The notes beneath the pieces were generated by a model that had not been told where the DNA came from, searched no databases, and saw only the letters and a program-made list of their open reading frames with translations. From assembly GCA_035559535.1 (NCBI GenBank), contig DATMBG010000008.1:1-64000 (forward strand): a stretch of 64,000 nucleotides of DNA, read 5' to 3'. Below, piece after piece: positions 10,836-22,311 of this stretch (position 1 is its first letter; each line of letters begins with the position of its first letter). The stretch is from Candidatus Limnocylindrales bacterium. Lineage in GTDB: Bacteria > Moduliflexota > Moduliflexia > Moduliflexales > JAUQPW01. The position numbers and the translations under genes are program-made.

Positions 10836-13800
10836 ATGATGATGAACTCAAAAAAGCGAAGAAATTACCTGATCGGTTTTGTGTTGGGGCTTATGGTAAG
10901 TTGTCCGTTGTCCACCGGAGCAGACAATGAGCAACGAACCGGGGGTCATACACCTGCCTATCTGGCACTCAGTAACCTGCCTTTAAGCTTTGAAGTCAAT
11001 CAGGGTCAGAGTGATGCGCAAGTAAAATTTCTGTCCCGTGGCAGCGGTTATAGTCTGTTTTTGACGGCCAACGAAGCCGTACTGGTTCTAAATCCTATAA
11101 CCGATATTCAAAATAGAGGGGATCCCTCTGGTGCCTCAGTAAAGGATAACAGACGAAGAACAACCGACCATCCCTATGTTTTACGCATGCACCTGGTCGG
11201 TGCCAATCCCTCTCCTCAGGTGATGGGACTGGATGAGCTACCCGGTAAAAGTCATTATCTGACAGGTAATGATCCGCAAAAGTGGCACATCCAGATTCCT
11301 ACTTTTGCCCGGGTCAAATATGGGGAGATATACCCCGGCATAGACCTGATTTACTACGGTAACCAACAGCAATTGGAGTATGATTTCGTTATTGCTCCCG
11401 GTGCAGACCCCGGAAAGATCCGGCTGGCTTTCACAGGTGCAGATGACATCCAGGTAAGTCCGGAAGGGGATCTTGTTCTGGCCCTTGCCGATGAAACTAT
11501 CCGTTTACATAAACCTCATATTTACCAGGAGATCGACGGAATCCAACAGAAGATCCCGGGTCGTTATGTACGTCTCGAACCTTCTTCACAGCCCCCGGAA
11601 GAAGACCCCCCGACCACGGACTGCAAATCACAAACCACGTTTAGCTTTGAAATAGCTGCCTATGATCCCGGCAGACCCCTCATTATCGATCCTGTGTTGA
11701 GTTATTTTACAACCCTTACCGGTAGCAAGAATAATGTTGGTAACGGGATTGCTGTAGATGCTGCGGGAGGTATCTATGTGACCGGTTATACGGTATCAAC
11801 GGATTTTTCGGTTGGGGCAACAGGGGGACAACCTTTACAGTCCTCTTCTGGAGGAGGTTCCTCAGATGCTTTCGTAGCCAAGTTAAATGTTGCGGGAACG
11901 GCCATTGTTTATGCTACATATCTGGGGGGTAATGGAACAGATATCGGTAATAGTATTGCGGTAGACACGTTCGGCAACGCTTATATAACAGGATCTACTA
12001 CCTCAACCAACTTTCCGGTAACTACCGGAGCCCTGGATACGAATTGCGGTACGGATGGTAATTGTAATAGTGTAGGAGCCCTTAGTTTTCTGGATGCCTT
12101 TGTAGCTAAATTGAATCCTACCGGCACCGGTCTGATCTATGCCACCTATTTGGGCGGAAGTGGCGATGATGAAGGTTTTGGAATTGCCGTAAATACCTCC
12201 GGTAATGCCTATGTAACCGGGCGAACGAAATCGCTGGACTTTACGACAGTAAATGCACTTCAAGCCAATAACGGTGGAATTCAAGATGCCTTTATTGCGA
12301 AGCTCAATACGGCAGGAAGTACTTTGGTTTATAGTACTTACTTCGGAGGGAGTGGGAGTGATGCGGGTTTCGGTATTGCTCTGGATTCCTCCGAAAATGT
12401 TTACTTAACCGGAGAAACCGAGTCACTCAACTTTCCAACCCTGAATCCCTTCCAATCAGCCTTAGGTGGTTTACCCCTTATTAGCAAGGATGCCTTTGTG
12501 GCAAAATTAAACGGAAGTGGCAATACACTGCTGTATTCTACCTACCTGGGGGGCAGTGACACCGATAAAGGTTTGGGAATCGCAGTAGATAACTCCGGCA
12601 AGATTTATGTAACCGGCATTACCTCTTCGATGAACTTCCCGGTAGCCAATCCCTTTCAAGCTTCTTATCAGGGTTCTCAAGATGCCTTTGTAGCCAAACT
12701 GGATCCCTCTCAATCTGGAGGAGCCTCCCTGGTTTATTCGACTTACCTGGGGGGTACTGCCACAGATGAAGGTTTTGCCATTGCCGTGGATGCCATCGGT
12801 AATGCCTACATAACTGGAGATACCGGGTCTAATAATTTCCCCCTTGCCATTCCCTTTCAGCCTACCATCAGTGGTGGCTTTGATGCCTTCTTAACAAAGT
12901 TGAGCGCTACCGGTACGACCCTTCTTTATTCTACCTTTATAGGTAGAAATAGTAACGATCGTGGTCTGGGTGTTGCCGTGGATACTTCTGGTAATGCTTA
13001 TGTGGCAGGAAGCCTGGGTAGCGATGTTTTAATCGTCAAAGCGACTCCCTCCATTGATCTGGCGGTTATCAAAACCGATGATCCAGATCCTGTGCTGGCC
13101 GGACAGAGTCTTACCTATACCGTAACCGTTACCAATAAGGGTCCTGATGTGGCAACAGGGGTTACCCTGACCGATACCTTGCCGGGGAATGTGATCCTTA
13201 TCTCGGCTACTCCCAGCCAGGGAACTTCCTGTACCCTGATAGGGGTTCAGGTTATTTGTAATCTGGGAACTTTAAATGCCGGGGCTAGCGCTACGGTTAC
13301 CCTGGAAGTCACGGCACCTGCTGTAGCCACCACCCTGACCAATACGGTCACCGTCACAGGAATAGAACCGGATTCCAATGGGACTAATAATACAACCAGT
13401 CAAACTACAACTGTCAATCCTGCGGCAGATCTGTCCATTACCAAAACCGATAATCCCGACCCTGTTTTAACCGGGCAAACCCTCACCTATACCCTTACCG
13501 TCCTCAACCAGGGACCGTCCGGAGCTACCAATGTAACCGTCACAGATACCTTACCGGGGAATGTGACCTTTGTTTCGGCTACGCCCAGTCAAGGTACCGG
13601 CTGTACCCAGGAAAGTGGTAAAGTAACCTGTGGATTAGGTGCAATAGCCAGTGGAAATACGGCTACCTTAACGATTCTGCTCATTCCCCAGGCCGGGGGA
13701 TCTCTCACCAACACGGCTACCGTAACAGCAACCGAAGCCGATCCTGATGGAAATAATAATAAGGTTACCCAAGACACGACCGTTACTCCTGTGGCCAATC

Positions 13801-16694
13801 TTTCTATAACCCAATCAGATACACCAGATCCTGTACTGGCGGGTCAAAAATTGACCTATCTCCTTACCGTTGGTAATGGAGGCCCGGATCCGGCGACAGG
13901 GGTCACAGTGGTGGATACCTTACCGGGAAGTGTTACTTTTATCTCGACTACCCCTACCCAGGGTTCATGTGGTAACACAGGGAGTACGGTTACCTGTAAT
14001 TTAGGAACACTGGCTAAGGGGGCCACCGCAACGGTTACGATCCTGGTAACGGCTCCGTTAACCGCCATGAACCTTACCAATACCGCTACCGTAACTGGAA
14101 ATGAGATCGATTCCAACGGTACCAACAATACGGTGGCCGAGAGTACAACAGTCAATCCGGCAGCGGATCTTTCTATCACCCAGACGGATACTCCGGATCC
14201 CTTGTTTGCAGGTCAAAATTTAACCTATCTTCTCCAGGTAACCAATAACGGTCCGTCCGGTGCGACGGGGGTTACCGTGACCGATACCCTTCCAGGCGGT
14301 GTAAGCTTCCTTTCGGTAACTCCCAGTCAGGGAAGTTGTAGCGGGACAGGGGTCCTGACCTGTAATCTGGGAACGTTGGTCAATGGAGTTACGGCGACCA
14401 TCACGATATCGGTAACGGTACCACTAACAGCCGGAACCCTTACCAATACGGCTACGGTCACAGGGAGTCCCGCAGACCCCAACAGTGCCAATAATACCTC
14501 TGCAGAGACTACTTCTGTTAATGCAGCCGATCTTTCTCTGAAGAAAGTAGGTTCTCCAAATCCTGTCTTTGCAGGAGAAAATTTAACCTATCTCCTCACC
14601 GTAACCAACAACGGGCCTTCGACGGCCACAGGGATAACCCTGTCCGATACCTTACCGTTGGGAGTTACTTTTGTTTCTGCGAATGCCGGTCAGGGAACCG
14701 GTTGTACCTTGACCGGTGGTAAGGTTAATTGCAGTCTTGGTAGCCTGACCCGTGGATCTACGGCTACAGTTACCCTTCTTGTGGCAGCCCCTCTGGTAGC
14801 GGGGACCCTTACGAATACGGCTACCGTAACTGCAAACGAGCCTGATTTAACCAACTCCAATAACACGGCTACCATAACCACCACCGTCAGTCCACCCCCT
14901 ACCCCGACTCCCACGCCGACCCCTACCCCCACGGCTACGCCGACTCCTACCCCCGCTCCCACGCTGACCCCTACCCCCCTGCCTACTCCCAACATCACAT
15001 CGATACCCTGGGGTATTCAGGGGGATATTCCGATCCCAGGAGATTATAACGGAGATAAGAAGGCAGATCCTACAGTATGGAGACCTGGCGAGGGGGATTG
15101 GTTTATTTTGCTGGATCCGACCATTGTCCAGCCCTGGGGTATCCAGGGAGATAAGCTGGTACCGGGTGAATACGACGGGGATGGAAAAGAAGATATTGCA
15201 GTTTTTCGACCTTCCACGGGAACCTGGTTTATCTTAGGATCTTCGAGTGGACCTTTGGTCCGCACATTTGGAACCCGCAGCGATATACCGGTACCTGCCG
15301 ATTATGATGGAGATGGAATTACAGATTTGGCCATTTTCAGACCTTCCTTAGGGATTTGGGTTATAAGCCCCTCCAGCAGTCCGGGAGGTCCGGTACCTGT
15401 TCCACAACCGAGCAACCTGATTCAGATACCCTGGGGAATAGCGGGAGACACACCGGTACCTGCCGATTATGATGGAGATGGAAAAGCCGATGTGGCGGTA
15501 TGGAGAGCCACTGATGGGAATTGGTACCTTAATTTCTCAAGTGGCGGGTTCGATACGGTAACTTTAGGCTTACCCACCCTGTCGGGAGACACACCGGTAC
15601 CTGCCGATTATGATGGAGATGGAAAGACCGATATAGCCATCTGGCGACCGGGTAATGGAACCTGGTACTTTACTCTCTCCTCAACAGGTTTACTTAATTC
15701 CAGGTCGTGGGGCTTATTCGGTGATATTCCTGTACCAGCCGATTACGATGGGGATGGAAGAGCCGATCTGGCCGTGTGGCGACCGGTTGATGGGACCTGG
15801 AATATTGTCTTCGATAAAACGGGAACTCCACCCCTCACCCCAACTCCGACCCCAACCCCTAACCCCTCAACTCCTGAACCCCTGATAACCTTCTGGGGCA
15901 TTCAGGGGGATATTCCGGTCCCGGGAGATTACAATGGGGATAAGAAGGATGATCTGGCCGTATGGAGGCCTGGAGAAGGAAGCTGGTTTATCCTGTTAGA
16001 TCCCCCTATTATTCAGCCCTGGGGTACAAAGGGGGATAAGTTGGTTCCGGGAGATTATGATGGAGATGGAAAAGAAGATATTGCAGTTTTTCGACCTTCC
16101 GTTGGAGCCTGGATCATTTTAGGCTCTTCCAGCGGACCTTTAATACGTGTCTTTGGAACCTCCACAGATACCCCTGTACCGGCCGATTATGATGGGGATA
16201 AAATAACAGATCTGGCTATTTTTAGACCATCCCTGGGGGTGTGGATGATAAATCTGTCCGGCAACCCGGGAGGTTCCGGATCGGGAAACCTCCTTCAGGT
16301 AGTCTGGGGGATGGCAGGAGATATCCCGGTACCTGGGGATTATGATGGGGATGGCAAGGAGGATGTGGCCGTATGGCGACCCGGGGATGGGAATTGGTAT
16401 ATCAATTTTTCAAGTGGGGGTTTCACCATATTTCCCTTGGGCTTACCGGTTCTACCGGATGATATCCCGGTACCTGCTGACTATGATGGGGACGGAAAAA
16501 CTGATATAGCTATCTGGCGACCCGGGGATGGGACCTGGCATATTACTTTTTCCTCGACGGGTTTATTTGGTACCAAACAATGGGGTTTGTTTAACGATGT
16601 TCCCGTACCCGCCGATTATAACGGCGATGGAAAGGCCGATCTGGCCGTATGGCGACCCAGTGATGGAAGCTGGAACATTACCTTTGACAAGTAA
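10836..16694 (+). CDS. Giant secreted protein: SBBP-associated N-terminal domain, seven SBBP repeats, five DUF11-like repeats, PT linker, two tandem six-repeat FG-GAP/VCBS-like modules
   Basis: LPLSFEVNQGQ...YPGIDLIYYG...LEYDF..PLIIDP N-domain; 7 x G..IAVD..GNAY(V/I)TG; 5 DUF11-type repeats; 2 x 6 DYDGDG repeats. Start uncertain (TTG 10818 or ATG 10836/39/42). Confidence 0.88.
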   Translation: MMMNSKKRRNYLIGFVLGLMVSCPLSTGADNEQRTGGHTPAYLALSNLPLSFEVNQGQSDAQVKFLSRGSGYSLFLTANEAVLVLNPITDIQNRGDPSGASVKDNRRRTTDHPYVLRMHLVGANPSPQVMGLDELPGKSHYLTGNDPQKWHIQIPTFARVKYGEIYPGIDLIYYGNQQQLEYDFVIAPGADPGKIRLAFTGADDIQVSPEGDLVLALADETIRLHKPHIYQEIDGIQQKIPGRYVRLEPSSQPPEEDPPTTDCKSQTTFSFEIAAYDPGRPLIIDPVLSYFTTLTGSKNNVGNGIAVDAAGGIYVTGYTVSTDFSVGATGGQPLQSSSGGGSSDAFVAKLNVAGTAIVYATYLGGNGTDIGNSIAVDTFGNAYITGSTTSTNFPVTTGALDTNCGTDGNCNSVGALSFLDAFVAKLNPTGTGLIYATYLGGSGDDEGFGIAVNTSGNAYVTGRTKSLDFTTVNALQANNGGIQDAFIAKLNTAGSTLVYSTYFGGSGSDAGFGIALDSSENVYLTGETESLNFPTLNPFQSALGGLPLISKDAFVAKLNGSGNTLLYSTYLGGSDTDKGLGIAVDNSGKIYVTGITSSMNFPVANPFQASYQGSQDAFVAKLDPSQSGGASLVYSTYLGGTATDEGFAIAVDAIGNAYITGDTGSNNFPLAIPFQPTISGGFDAFLTKLSATGTTLLYSTFIGRNSNDRGLGVAVDTSGNAYVAGSLGSDVLIVKATPSIDLAVIKTDDPDPVLAGQSLTYTVTVTNKGPDVATGVTLTDTLPGNVILISATPSQGTSCTLIGVQVICNLGTLNAGASATVTLEVTAPAVATTLTNTVTVTGIEPDSNGTNNTTSQTTTVNPAADLSITKTDNPDPVLTGQTLTYTLTVLNQGPSGATNVTVTDTLPGNVTFVSATPSQGTGCTQESGKVTCGLGAIASGNTATLTILLIPQAGGSLTNTATVTATEADPDGNNNKVTQDTTVTPVANLSITQSDTPDPVLAGQKLTYLLTVGNGGPDPATGVTVVDTLPGSVTFISTTPTQGSCGNTGSTVTCNLGTLAKGATATVTILVTAPLTAMNLTNTATVTGNEIDSNGTNNTVAESTTVNPAADLSITQTDTPDPLFAGQNLTYLLQVTNNGPSGATGVTVTDTLPGGVSFLSVTPSQGSCSGTGVLTCNLGTLVNGVTATITISVTVPLTAGTLTNTATVTGSPADPNSANNTSAETTSVNAADLSLKKVGSPNPVFAGENLTYLLTVTNNGPSTATGITLSDTLPLGVTFVSANAGQGTGCTLTGGKVNCSLGSLTRGSTATVTLLVAAPLVAGTLTNTATVTANEPDLTNSNNTATITTTVSPPPTPTPTPTPTPTATPTPTPAPTLTPTPLPTPNITSIPWGIQGDIPIPGDYNGDKKADPTVWRPGEGDWFILLDPTIVQPWGIQGDKLVPGEYDGDGKEDIAVFRPSTGTWFILGSSSGPLVRTFGTRSDIPVPADYDGDGITDLAIFRPSLGIWVISPSSSPGGPVPVPQPSNLIQIPWGIAGDTPVPADYDGDGKADVAVWRATDGNWYLNFSSGGFDTVTLGLPTLSGDTPVPADYDGDGKTDIAIWRPGNGTWYFTLSSTGLLNSRSWGLFGDIPVPADYDGDGRADLAVWRPVDGTWNIVFDKTGTPPLTPTPTPTPNPSTPEPLITFWGIQGDIPVPGDYNGDKKDDLAVWRPGEGSWFILLDPPIIQPWGTKGDKLVPGDYDGDGKEDIAVFRPSVGAWIILGSSSGPLIRVFGTSTDTPVPADYDGDKITDLAIFRPSLGVWMINLSGNPGGSGSGNLLQVVWGMAGDIPVPGDYDGDGKEDVAVWRPGDGNWYINFSSGGFTIFPLGLPVLPDDIPVPADYDGDGKTDIAIWRPGDGTWHITFSSTGLFGTKQWGLFNDVPVPADYNGDGKADLAVWRPSDGSWNITFDK

Positions 16695-16701
16695 AACAGA
16701 A

Positions 16702-16765
16702 GTCCGTTGCTCGTTGTTCGTTGTCTTTTATTCTTTATCCTAACAACGAACAATGAATAAGCGAC
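16702..16765. repeat. Intergenic heptamer-repeat hairpin (TCGTTGT / ACAACGA)
   Basis: CCGTTGC TCGTTGT TCGTTGT ... ACAACGA ACAATGA between two giant genes. Confidence 0.6.
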
Positions 16766-16781
16766 CGATGACAATGGTCCG

Positions 16782-19700
16782 ATGAACATGAGATTGAAAA
16801 AATATCAATGGATTACCTGGACAGGTGTAGTGATGGTTGTCGGAGTATTTCTATTACTTCCCAGGTCAACACTTGCCGGCAATACCTTCTTCTTTAGCAA
16901 CTCTACCCTGGATTTTGGGAGTGTTACCATAGGTCAGACTGCTTTTCTGACTTTAACCATTGCCAATATGCCGGCTTCGAAAACAGACGTAGATGAGATC
17001 AACGGAAGCGTCTTTGCCATACCCAGTGGGGGAACCTGTAGCTCGGCGAACAGTACGGTCTTTTCAACTGCTGCTTTTTCTATCATCAGCGGCGGTGGTG
17101 CCTTTAATTTAGGCCCTGGACAAAAGAAGGATATTAAATTTGGTTTCGCTCCTTCGGCAGCCATCACCTATTCTGATACGGTATGCCTGACGGCCAATCT
17201 GGTTCATATCGATTCCAGTGGAAACAAAACGATAACTCCTTTCATAGGATCTCCCTATGCCATCCCCATTAACGGAAAAGGGGTATCGGCCAGGATTAAT
17301 ATGGAAGTAAGTTTAACTTCCATAAGTTTTGGAGATGTGGTGGTAGGTCAGGCGGCCACCCAGACCCTTACCATTACCAATTTATCCAATTCGACGGATT
17401 CTTTAGATGGGACGGTGGGAAATCTCTCAAGCCCATTTTTTGTAGTCAGTGGGGGAGGTTCATTCAGTCTGTCGCCAGGCCAGTCCAGACAGGTCAGGAT
17501 CAGTTTTTCTCCCGTGGCGTTAATCACCTCTACCACAACTTTATCTATTACCCATAATGCAACGAGTTCAAACTGCAGTACGCCCGGGACGTGTAACATA
17601 TCCTTAACGGGAACAGGGGTAGAGACGATCAACTTATCCATAAGCCCTTTATCGATAAATTTCGGTAACATTCTTGTAGGTCAGGCCTCTAATCAAAGCA
17701 TTACAATCACCAATGATTCGAATTCCACAGGTATTTTAGAAGGGTCGGTGGCTGCACCTCTTGCTCCTTTTTCTGTAGTGAACGGAGGAGGTACATTTAG
17801 TCTACCCCCCGGTGCCTCCAAGACCATCACAGTAAGGTACGCTCCAACGGCCGTTTCGATAGTTCCGGATCAGACTACCCTTCTCATAACCCATAATGCC
17901 TCAAATTCAAACTGTGGTACTCCGTCTCCTTGTGGGATAAGCTTGATAGGGAATGGTGTAGAGTTAATCAAGTTATCTATCAACCCTACTCCTGTGGATT
18001 TCGGTAATGTTGCCGTAGGACAAACTGCCAGGCAGACTCTGACCATTACCAATTCGTCTACCTCCCCGACTTTGTTAGAAGGGAGCATTGGGACCCTTAC
18101 AGGCCCGTTTTCTGTAGTCAGCGGGGGTGGCTCCTTCAGCTTATCCTCGGGCCAGTCGCGATCTGTCATCATCAGCTTTTCTCCTACCTCTTCGGGGACA
18201 ACTTTTACCGATACCCTGGTCATTACCCATAATGCGACCACTCAAACCAGCCCTACCACTGTAACGGTAACCGGAACAGGAATAGAAGCCATTAACTTAT
18301 CGGTAAGTCCTTCACCGGTAAACTTCGGTAATGTTGCCGTAAATCAATTTTCTGATCAAACTTTTACCCTCACCAACAACGCAAACTCGACCACAACCCT
18401 GGAAGGGGAGGTTGATGTAACCAGTCTCTCAGGTCCGTTCTCCGTAGTGAGTGGAGGGGGTTCCTTCAGCCTTTTACCTGGTAAATCTAAGACGGTTACC
18501 GTAAGATTTGCTCCGACGGCTCCGGGTACGGTTTCTGGAACCTTAAAAATTACCCATAATGCCACCAATCAGGGTAGTCCAACGAGTGTGTTATTAACGG
18601 GAATGGGGACCTCTATCATTAATGTAGCTTTAGTACCCACGTCCATAAGTTTTGATAATGTTCTGGTAGGTCAATCCGCCCGACAAACCCTTACCCTCAC
18701 CAATTTATCCTCCTCATTGGGCATTCTGGAGGGGACGGTAGGGACCCTGTCCGCTCCTTTTATCCTTATCAGTGGGGGCGGCTCTTTCAGTTTAGCACCA
18801 GGTCAATCCCGGTTCATTATCCTTAGTTTTTCCCCAACTTCGGCCGGAAACTTTTCAGATACGTTGGTTATTACCCACAATGCCACCAATCAATCAGGTC
18901 CCACCAATGTGCCGTTAAGCGGAACCGGAGTACCGGTTATTGATATAACTGTAAGTCCCTCTCCGATAAATTTCGGCAGTATCCTGGCAGGTCAATCGGC
19001 TACCCAAACCATTACCATTACCAATGCACCTACTTCTACAAATACCTTGACGGGAAGTGTGGCGAGTCTCTCGGCTCCATTTTCAGTGGTTAGTGGAGGA
19101 AATTCATTTAGTCTTGCACCTGGAAAATCCCGAACGGTTATCGTGAGCTTTACCCCTACGACAACCGGGTCTTTTTCGGATACCCTGACGATCACCCACA
19201 ATGCCACCAATCAGACCAGTCCTATTAACCTACCGATAACCGGAACCGGGGAAGTTTCTGTGATCAATATGGATGTAACTCCGAGTCTTGTAGATTTTGG
19301 TGGAGTGATTGTCGGTAAATCCGTCACTCAAACCCTTGTTATTACCAATGTATCCTCCTCGACCACTACCTTAGAGGGAAGTGTAGACAGTTTATCAGGT
19401 TCGTTTTCTCTGGTCAGTGGGGGAGGAACGTTTAGCTTAGCTCCTGGGAAATCCAAATCCGTCATTGTTAGTTTCTCTCCGACTTCTACAGGGAATTTCT
19501 CTCAATCACTTTCTATTACCCACAATGCCACCAACCAGGTAAGTCCTACCTTCGTACCCTTAAATGGAACCGGGCTTCCGGCAATTAATCTGACCGTCAG
19601 TCCTTCGTCTGTGGATTTTGGCAATATCCTTGTAGGTCAATCTGCTAACCAAACCATTACGATTACCAATCAGTCCAGTTCCACCGGAACTTTAGAGGGG

Positions 19701-22295
19701 AGTATTGGAAATGTCGTAGGTCCATTCTCGGTCGTCAGTGGGGGAGGTACTTTTAGCCTGGCCCCTGGAAAATCCAGGTCGGTTGTAGTAGGTTTTTCTC
19801 CTGTCTTTTCCGGGACTTTTTCTCAAACCCTGGCTTTTACCCACAATGCCACCAATCAGAGTAGTCCTACCAATGTGACCTTAACAGGGACGGGAATTCT
19901 ATCTACTATCAATATAGATGTGAGTGCAAATCTTTTAGATTTTAGTAATGTTCAGGTGGGCCGATCGGCCACTCAAACCCTTGTCATTACCAACTTATCT
20001 TCCTCGACGGATATTTTAGAAGGGAGCATTGAGAGCTTATCCGGTCCGTTCTTTGTAGTTTCGGGAGGAGGTACGTTTAGTTTATCGCCTGGTAAATCCA
20101 GGTCGGTGGTTATAGGTTTCTCTCCGACGTCCGAAGGAGTCTTTTCCCAAACCCTCGATATTACCCATAATGCGACCAATCAGCCGAGTCCCATGAGTAT
20201 CTCCTTAAAGGGAAACGGAACTCCAACTATTAATCTTTCCATCAGTCCTGCATCGCTGGCATTTGGTAATTTAACGGTGAATGATCTCGCCAATCAGACC
20301 CTGACCATCGCCAATCTCCCTACTTCCTCCAATACTCTGGAGGGGAGTGTTGGTAATCTGTCGGGTCCGTTTTCTGTGGTCAGTGGAGGGGGAGTATTTA
20401 GTTTAGCTCCCGGGAAATCGAAAACTCTGGTCATAAGTTTTTCTCCAACTTCTGCAGGCTCCTTCTCACAAACCTTGCCCATCACCCATAATGCAACCAA
20501 TCAACCGAGTCCTACCGGTGTTGTAGTCAGTGGTACCGGCGTATCTGCCGTGATCAATATCAACATTGAAGTAGTTCCAAATCCGGTAAGCTTTGGGAGT
20601 ATTCCAATAGGAGACGCATCGCGACAGACCATCACCATTACCAACCAGGCCAATTCCACAGGGAATTTGGAGGGGAGTGTAAGTACGCTGTCACCTCCTT
20701 TTTCAATAGTTAGTGGAATCGGTCCGTTCACTTTACCACCCGGACGATCCCAAACCGTTTTGGTAGGGTTTTCTCCAACTTCGGAAGGGGTTGCCACCCA
20801 AACCTTAACCATTACCCATAATGCCACCAACACTTCCAGTCCTGTGGAGGTTTTGTTAACGGGAACCGGTGTCCCTCAGGTTAATATCTCGGTAAATCCC
20901 ACTCCGGTGAACTTCGGTGAGGTTATTGTAGGCAAAGCCGATACCCAAACGTTTGTAATTACAAACAATAATAATTCAACCGGTACCTTAACAGGGACGG
21001 TAGGTGACTTATCGGATCCCTTTTCCATCGTCAGTGGGGGAGGCGCATTCAGTCTAGCACCCCAGCAATCGAGAACCGTCATTGTTCGTTTTACTCCCAG
21101 CTCGATAGGGTCCTTTTCCCAAACCTTAACCATTACCCATAATGCCACGAATACTCCCAGTCCTATCCAGTTCCCGGTGAATGGAACAGGGTCCCTGACC
21201 ATTAATCTCTCCATCAGCTCTACTTCAGTGGGTTTTGGCAATATTGCCGTGGGTAAGTCCTCGGTTCAAACTATTACCATTACCAACGATTTGAGTTCAA
21301 CAGCCCTGTTAATTGGGAGTGTCGGGAATCCTACTGGTCCCTTTTCTGTAACTAAAGGGGGAGGACCCTTTAGCCTGGAGCCGGGGAAATCTTTATCGGT
21401 AGTGGTGGGCTTTTCTCCCTCCTTTGCCGGTATATTTTCTGGAGTTTTACCCATTACCCATAATGCAACCAATCAAAGTACCCCCCTGAATGTGTTGCTT
21501 ACAGGAGCAACACCTATCGGCTGGGGGATTGGTAAAGATATTCCGGTGCCGCGGGATTATGATGGCGACAAGAAAGCAGATATTGCCGTTTGGCGACCCA
21601 GCGAGGGAAACTGGTACATTTTAGCCAGCAGTAATCCTATTCCCTTTGTTCCGGCCTGGGGATTACCTGGAGATAAACCTGTACCGGCCGATTACGATGG
21701 GGATGGAAAAGCGGATCTGGCCGTTTTTCGACCTTCCACAGGAACGTGGTTGATTTTGAACTCTTCGGGGGGAATTGTCATCGAGAATTTCGGAGCTTCT
21801 AATGATACCCCCGTTCCGGGAGATTACGATGGGGATGGAAAAGCGGATATCGCCGTCTTTAGACCTACGTTGGGGGAGTGGGATATCAAGCCTTCGGGAG
21901 GTGGAACCATGCTTCAGGTCTTATGGGGATTGAGGGGAGATACGCCGGTGCCTGGAGACTATGATGGAGATAAAATAACCGATCTGGCCGTCTGGCGACC
22001 TACAGAAGGGGTCTGGTACATCGCTTTTTCAAGCGGTGGTAGCCTTGCAGCACCCTGGGGGTTGCCAGGTGATACGCCGGTACCCGGAGATTACAACGGA
22101 GATGGAAAAACAGATCTGGCCATATGGAGATCTAAGGATGGAACCTGGAACCTCGCCTTGTCGGATGGAACCGTTAATACCACGTTATGGGGCTTACCCG
22201 GTGATATTCCCGTTCCGGCAGATTATAATGGGGACGGAAGGATTGATTTGGCAGTATGGAGACCGAAAGAAGGGAACTGGTACGTTCTCTTTTAA
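16782..22295 (+). CDS. Giant secreted protein: ~14 Ig-like (ASH/choice-of-anchor D type) repeats + six FG-GAP/VCBS-like repeats
   Basis: Signal peptide; ~107-110-aa repeats FG.V.VG....T.TITN...PFSVVSGGG.FSL.PG.S....FSP.....L.ITHNAT (13 contain THNA); six C-terminal DYDGD repeats. Confidence 0.88.
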   Translation: MNMRLKKYQWITWTGVVMVVGVFLLLPRSTLAGNTFFFSNSTLDFGSVTIGQTAFLTLTIANMPASKTDVDEINGSVFAIPSGGTCSSANSTVFSTAAFSIISGGGAFNLGPGQKKDIKFGFAPSAAITYSDTVCLTANLVHIDSSGNKTITPFIGSPYAIPINGKGVSARINMEVSLTSISFGDVVVGQAATQTLTITNLSNSTDSLDGTVGNLSSPFFVVSGGGSFSLSPGQSRQVRISFSPVALITSTTTLSITHNATSSNCSTPGTCNISLTGTGVETINLSISPLSINFGNILVGQASNQSITITNDSNSTGILEGSVAAPLAPFSVVNGGGTFSLPPGASKTITVRYAPTAVSIVPDQTTLLITHNASNSNCGTPSPCGISLIGNGVELIKLSINPTPVDFGNVAVGQTARQTLTITNSSTSPTLLEGSIGTLTGPFSVVSGGGSFSLSSGQSRSVIISFSPTSSGTTFTDTLVITHNATTQTSPTTVTVTGTGIEAINLSVSPSPVNFGNVAVNQFSDQTFTLTNNANSTTTLEGEVDVTSLSGPFSVVSGGGSFSLLPGKSKTVTVRFAPTAPGTVSGTLKITHNATNQGSPTSVLLTGMGTSIINVALVPTSISFDNVLVGQSARQTLTLTNLSSSLGILEGTVGTLSAPFILISGGGSFSLAPGQSRFIILSFSPTSAGNFSDTLVITHNATNQSGPTNVPLSGTGVPVIDITVSPSPINFGSILAGQSATQTITITNAPTSTNTLTGSVASLSAPFSVVSGGNSFSLAPGKSRTVIVSFTPTTTGSFSDTLTITHNATNQTSPINLPITGTGEVSVINMDVTPSLVDFGGVIVGKSVTQTLVITNVSSSTTTLEGSVDSLSGSFSLVSGGGTFSLAPGKSKSVIVSFSPTSTGNFSQSLSITHNATNQVSPTFVPLNGTGLPAINLTVSPSSVDFGNILVGQSANQTITITNQSSSTGTLEGSIGNVVGPFSVVSGGGTFSLAPGKSRSVVVGFSPVFSGTFSQTLAFTHNATNQSSPTNVTLTGTGILSTINIDVSANLLDFSNVQVGRSATQTLVITNLSSSTDILEGSIESLSGPFFVVSGGGTFSLSPGKSRSVVIGFSPTSEGVFSQTLDITHNATNQPSPMSISLKGNGTPTINLSISPASLAFGNLTVNDLANQTLTIANLPTSSNTLEGSVGNLSGPFSVVSGGGVFSLAPGKSKTLVISFSPTSAGSFSQTLPITHNATNQPSPTGVVVSGTGVSAVININIEVVPNPVSFGSIPIGDASRQTITITNQANSTGNLEGSVSTLSPPFSIVSGIGPFTLPPGRSQTVLVGFSPTSEGVATQTLTITHNATNTSSPVEVLLTGTGVPQVNISVNPTPVNFGEVIVGKADTQTFVITNNNNSTGTLTGTVGDLSDPFSIVSGGGAFSLAPQQSRTVIVRFTPSSIGSFSQTLTITHNATNTPSPIQFPVNGTGSLTINLSISSTSVGFGNIAVGKSSVQTITITNDLSSTALLIGSVGNPTGPFSVTKGGGPFSLEPGKSLSVVVGFSPSFAGIFSGVLPITHNATNQSTPLNVLLTGATPIGWGIGKDIPVPRDYDGDKKADIAVWRPSEGNWYILASSNPIPFVPAWGLPGDKPVPADYDGDGKADLAVFRPSTGTWLILNSSGGIVIENFGASNDTPVPGDYDGDGKADIAVFRPTLGEWDIKPSGGGTMLQVLWGLRGDTPVPGDYDGDKITDLAVWRPTEGVWYIAFSSGGSLAAPWGLPGDTPVPGDYNGDGKTDLAIWRSKDGTWNLALSDGTVNTTLWGLPGDIPVPADYNGDGRIDLAVWRPKEGNWYVLF

Positions 22296-22311
22296 ACAAA
22301 GCCTGTTCTGA

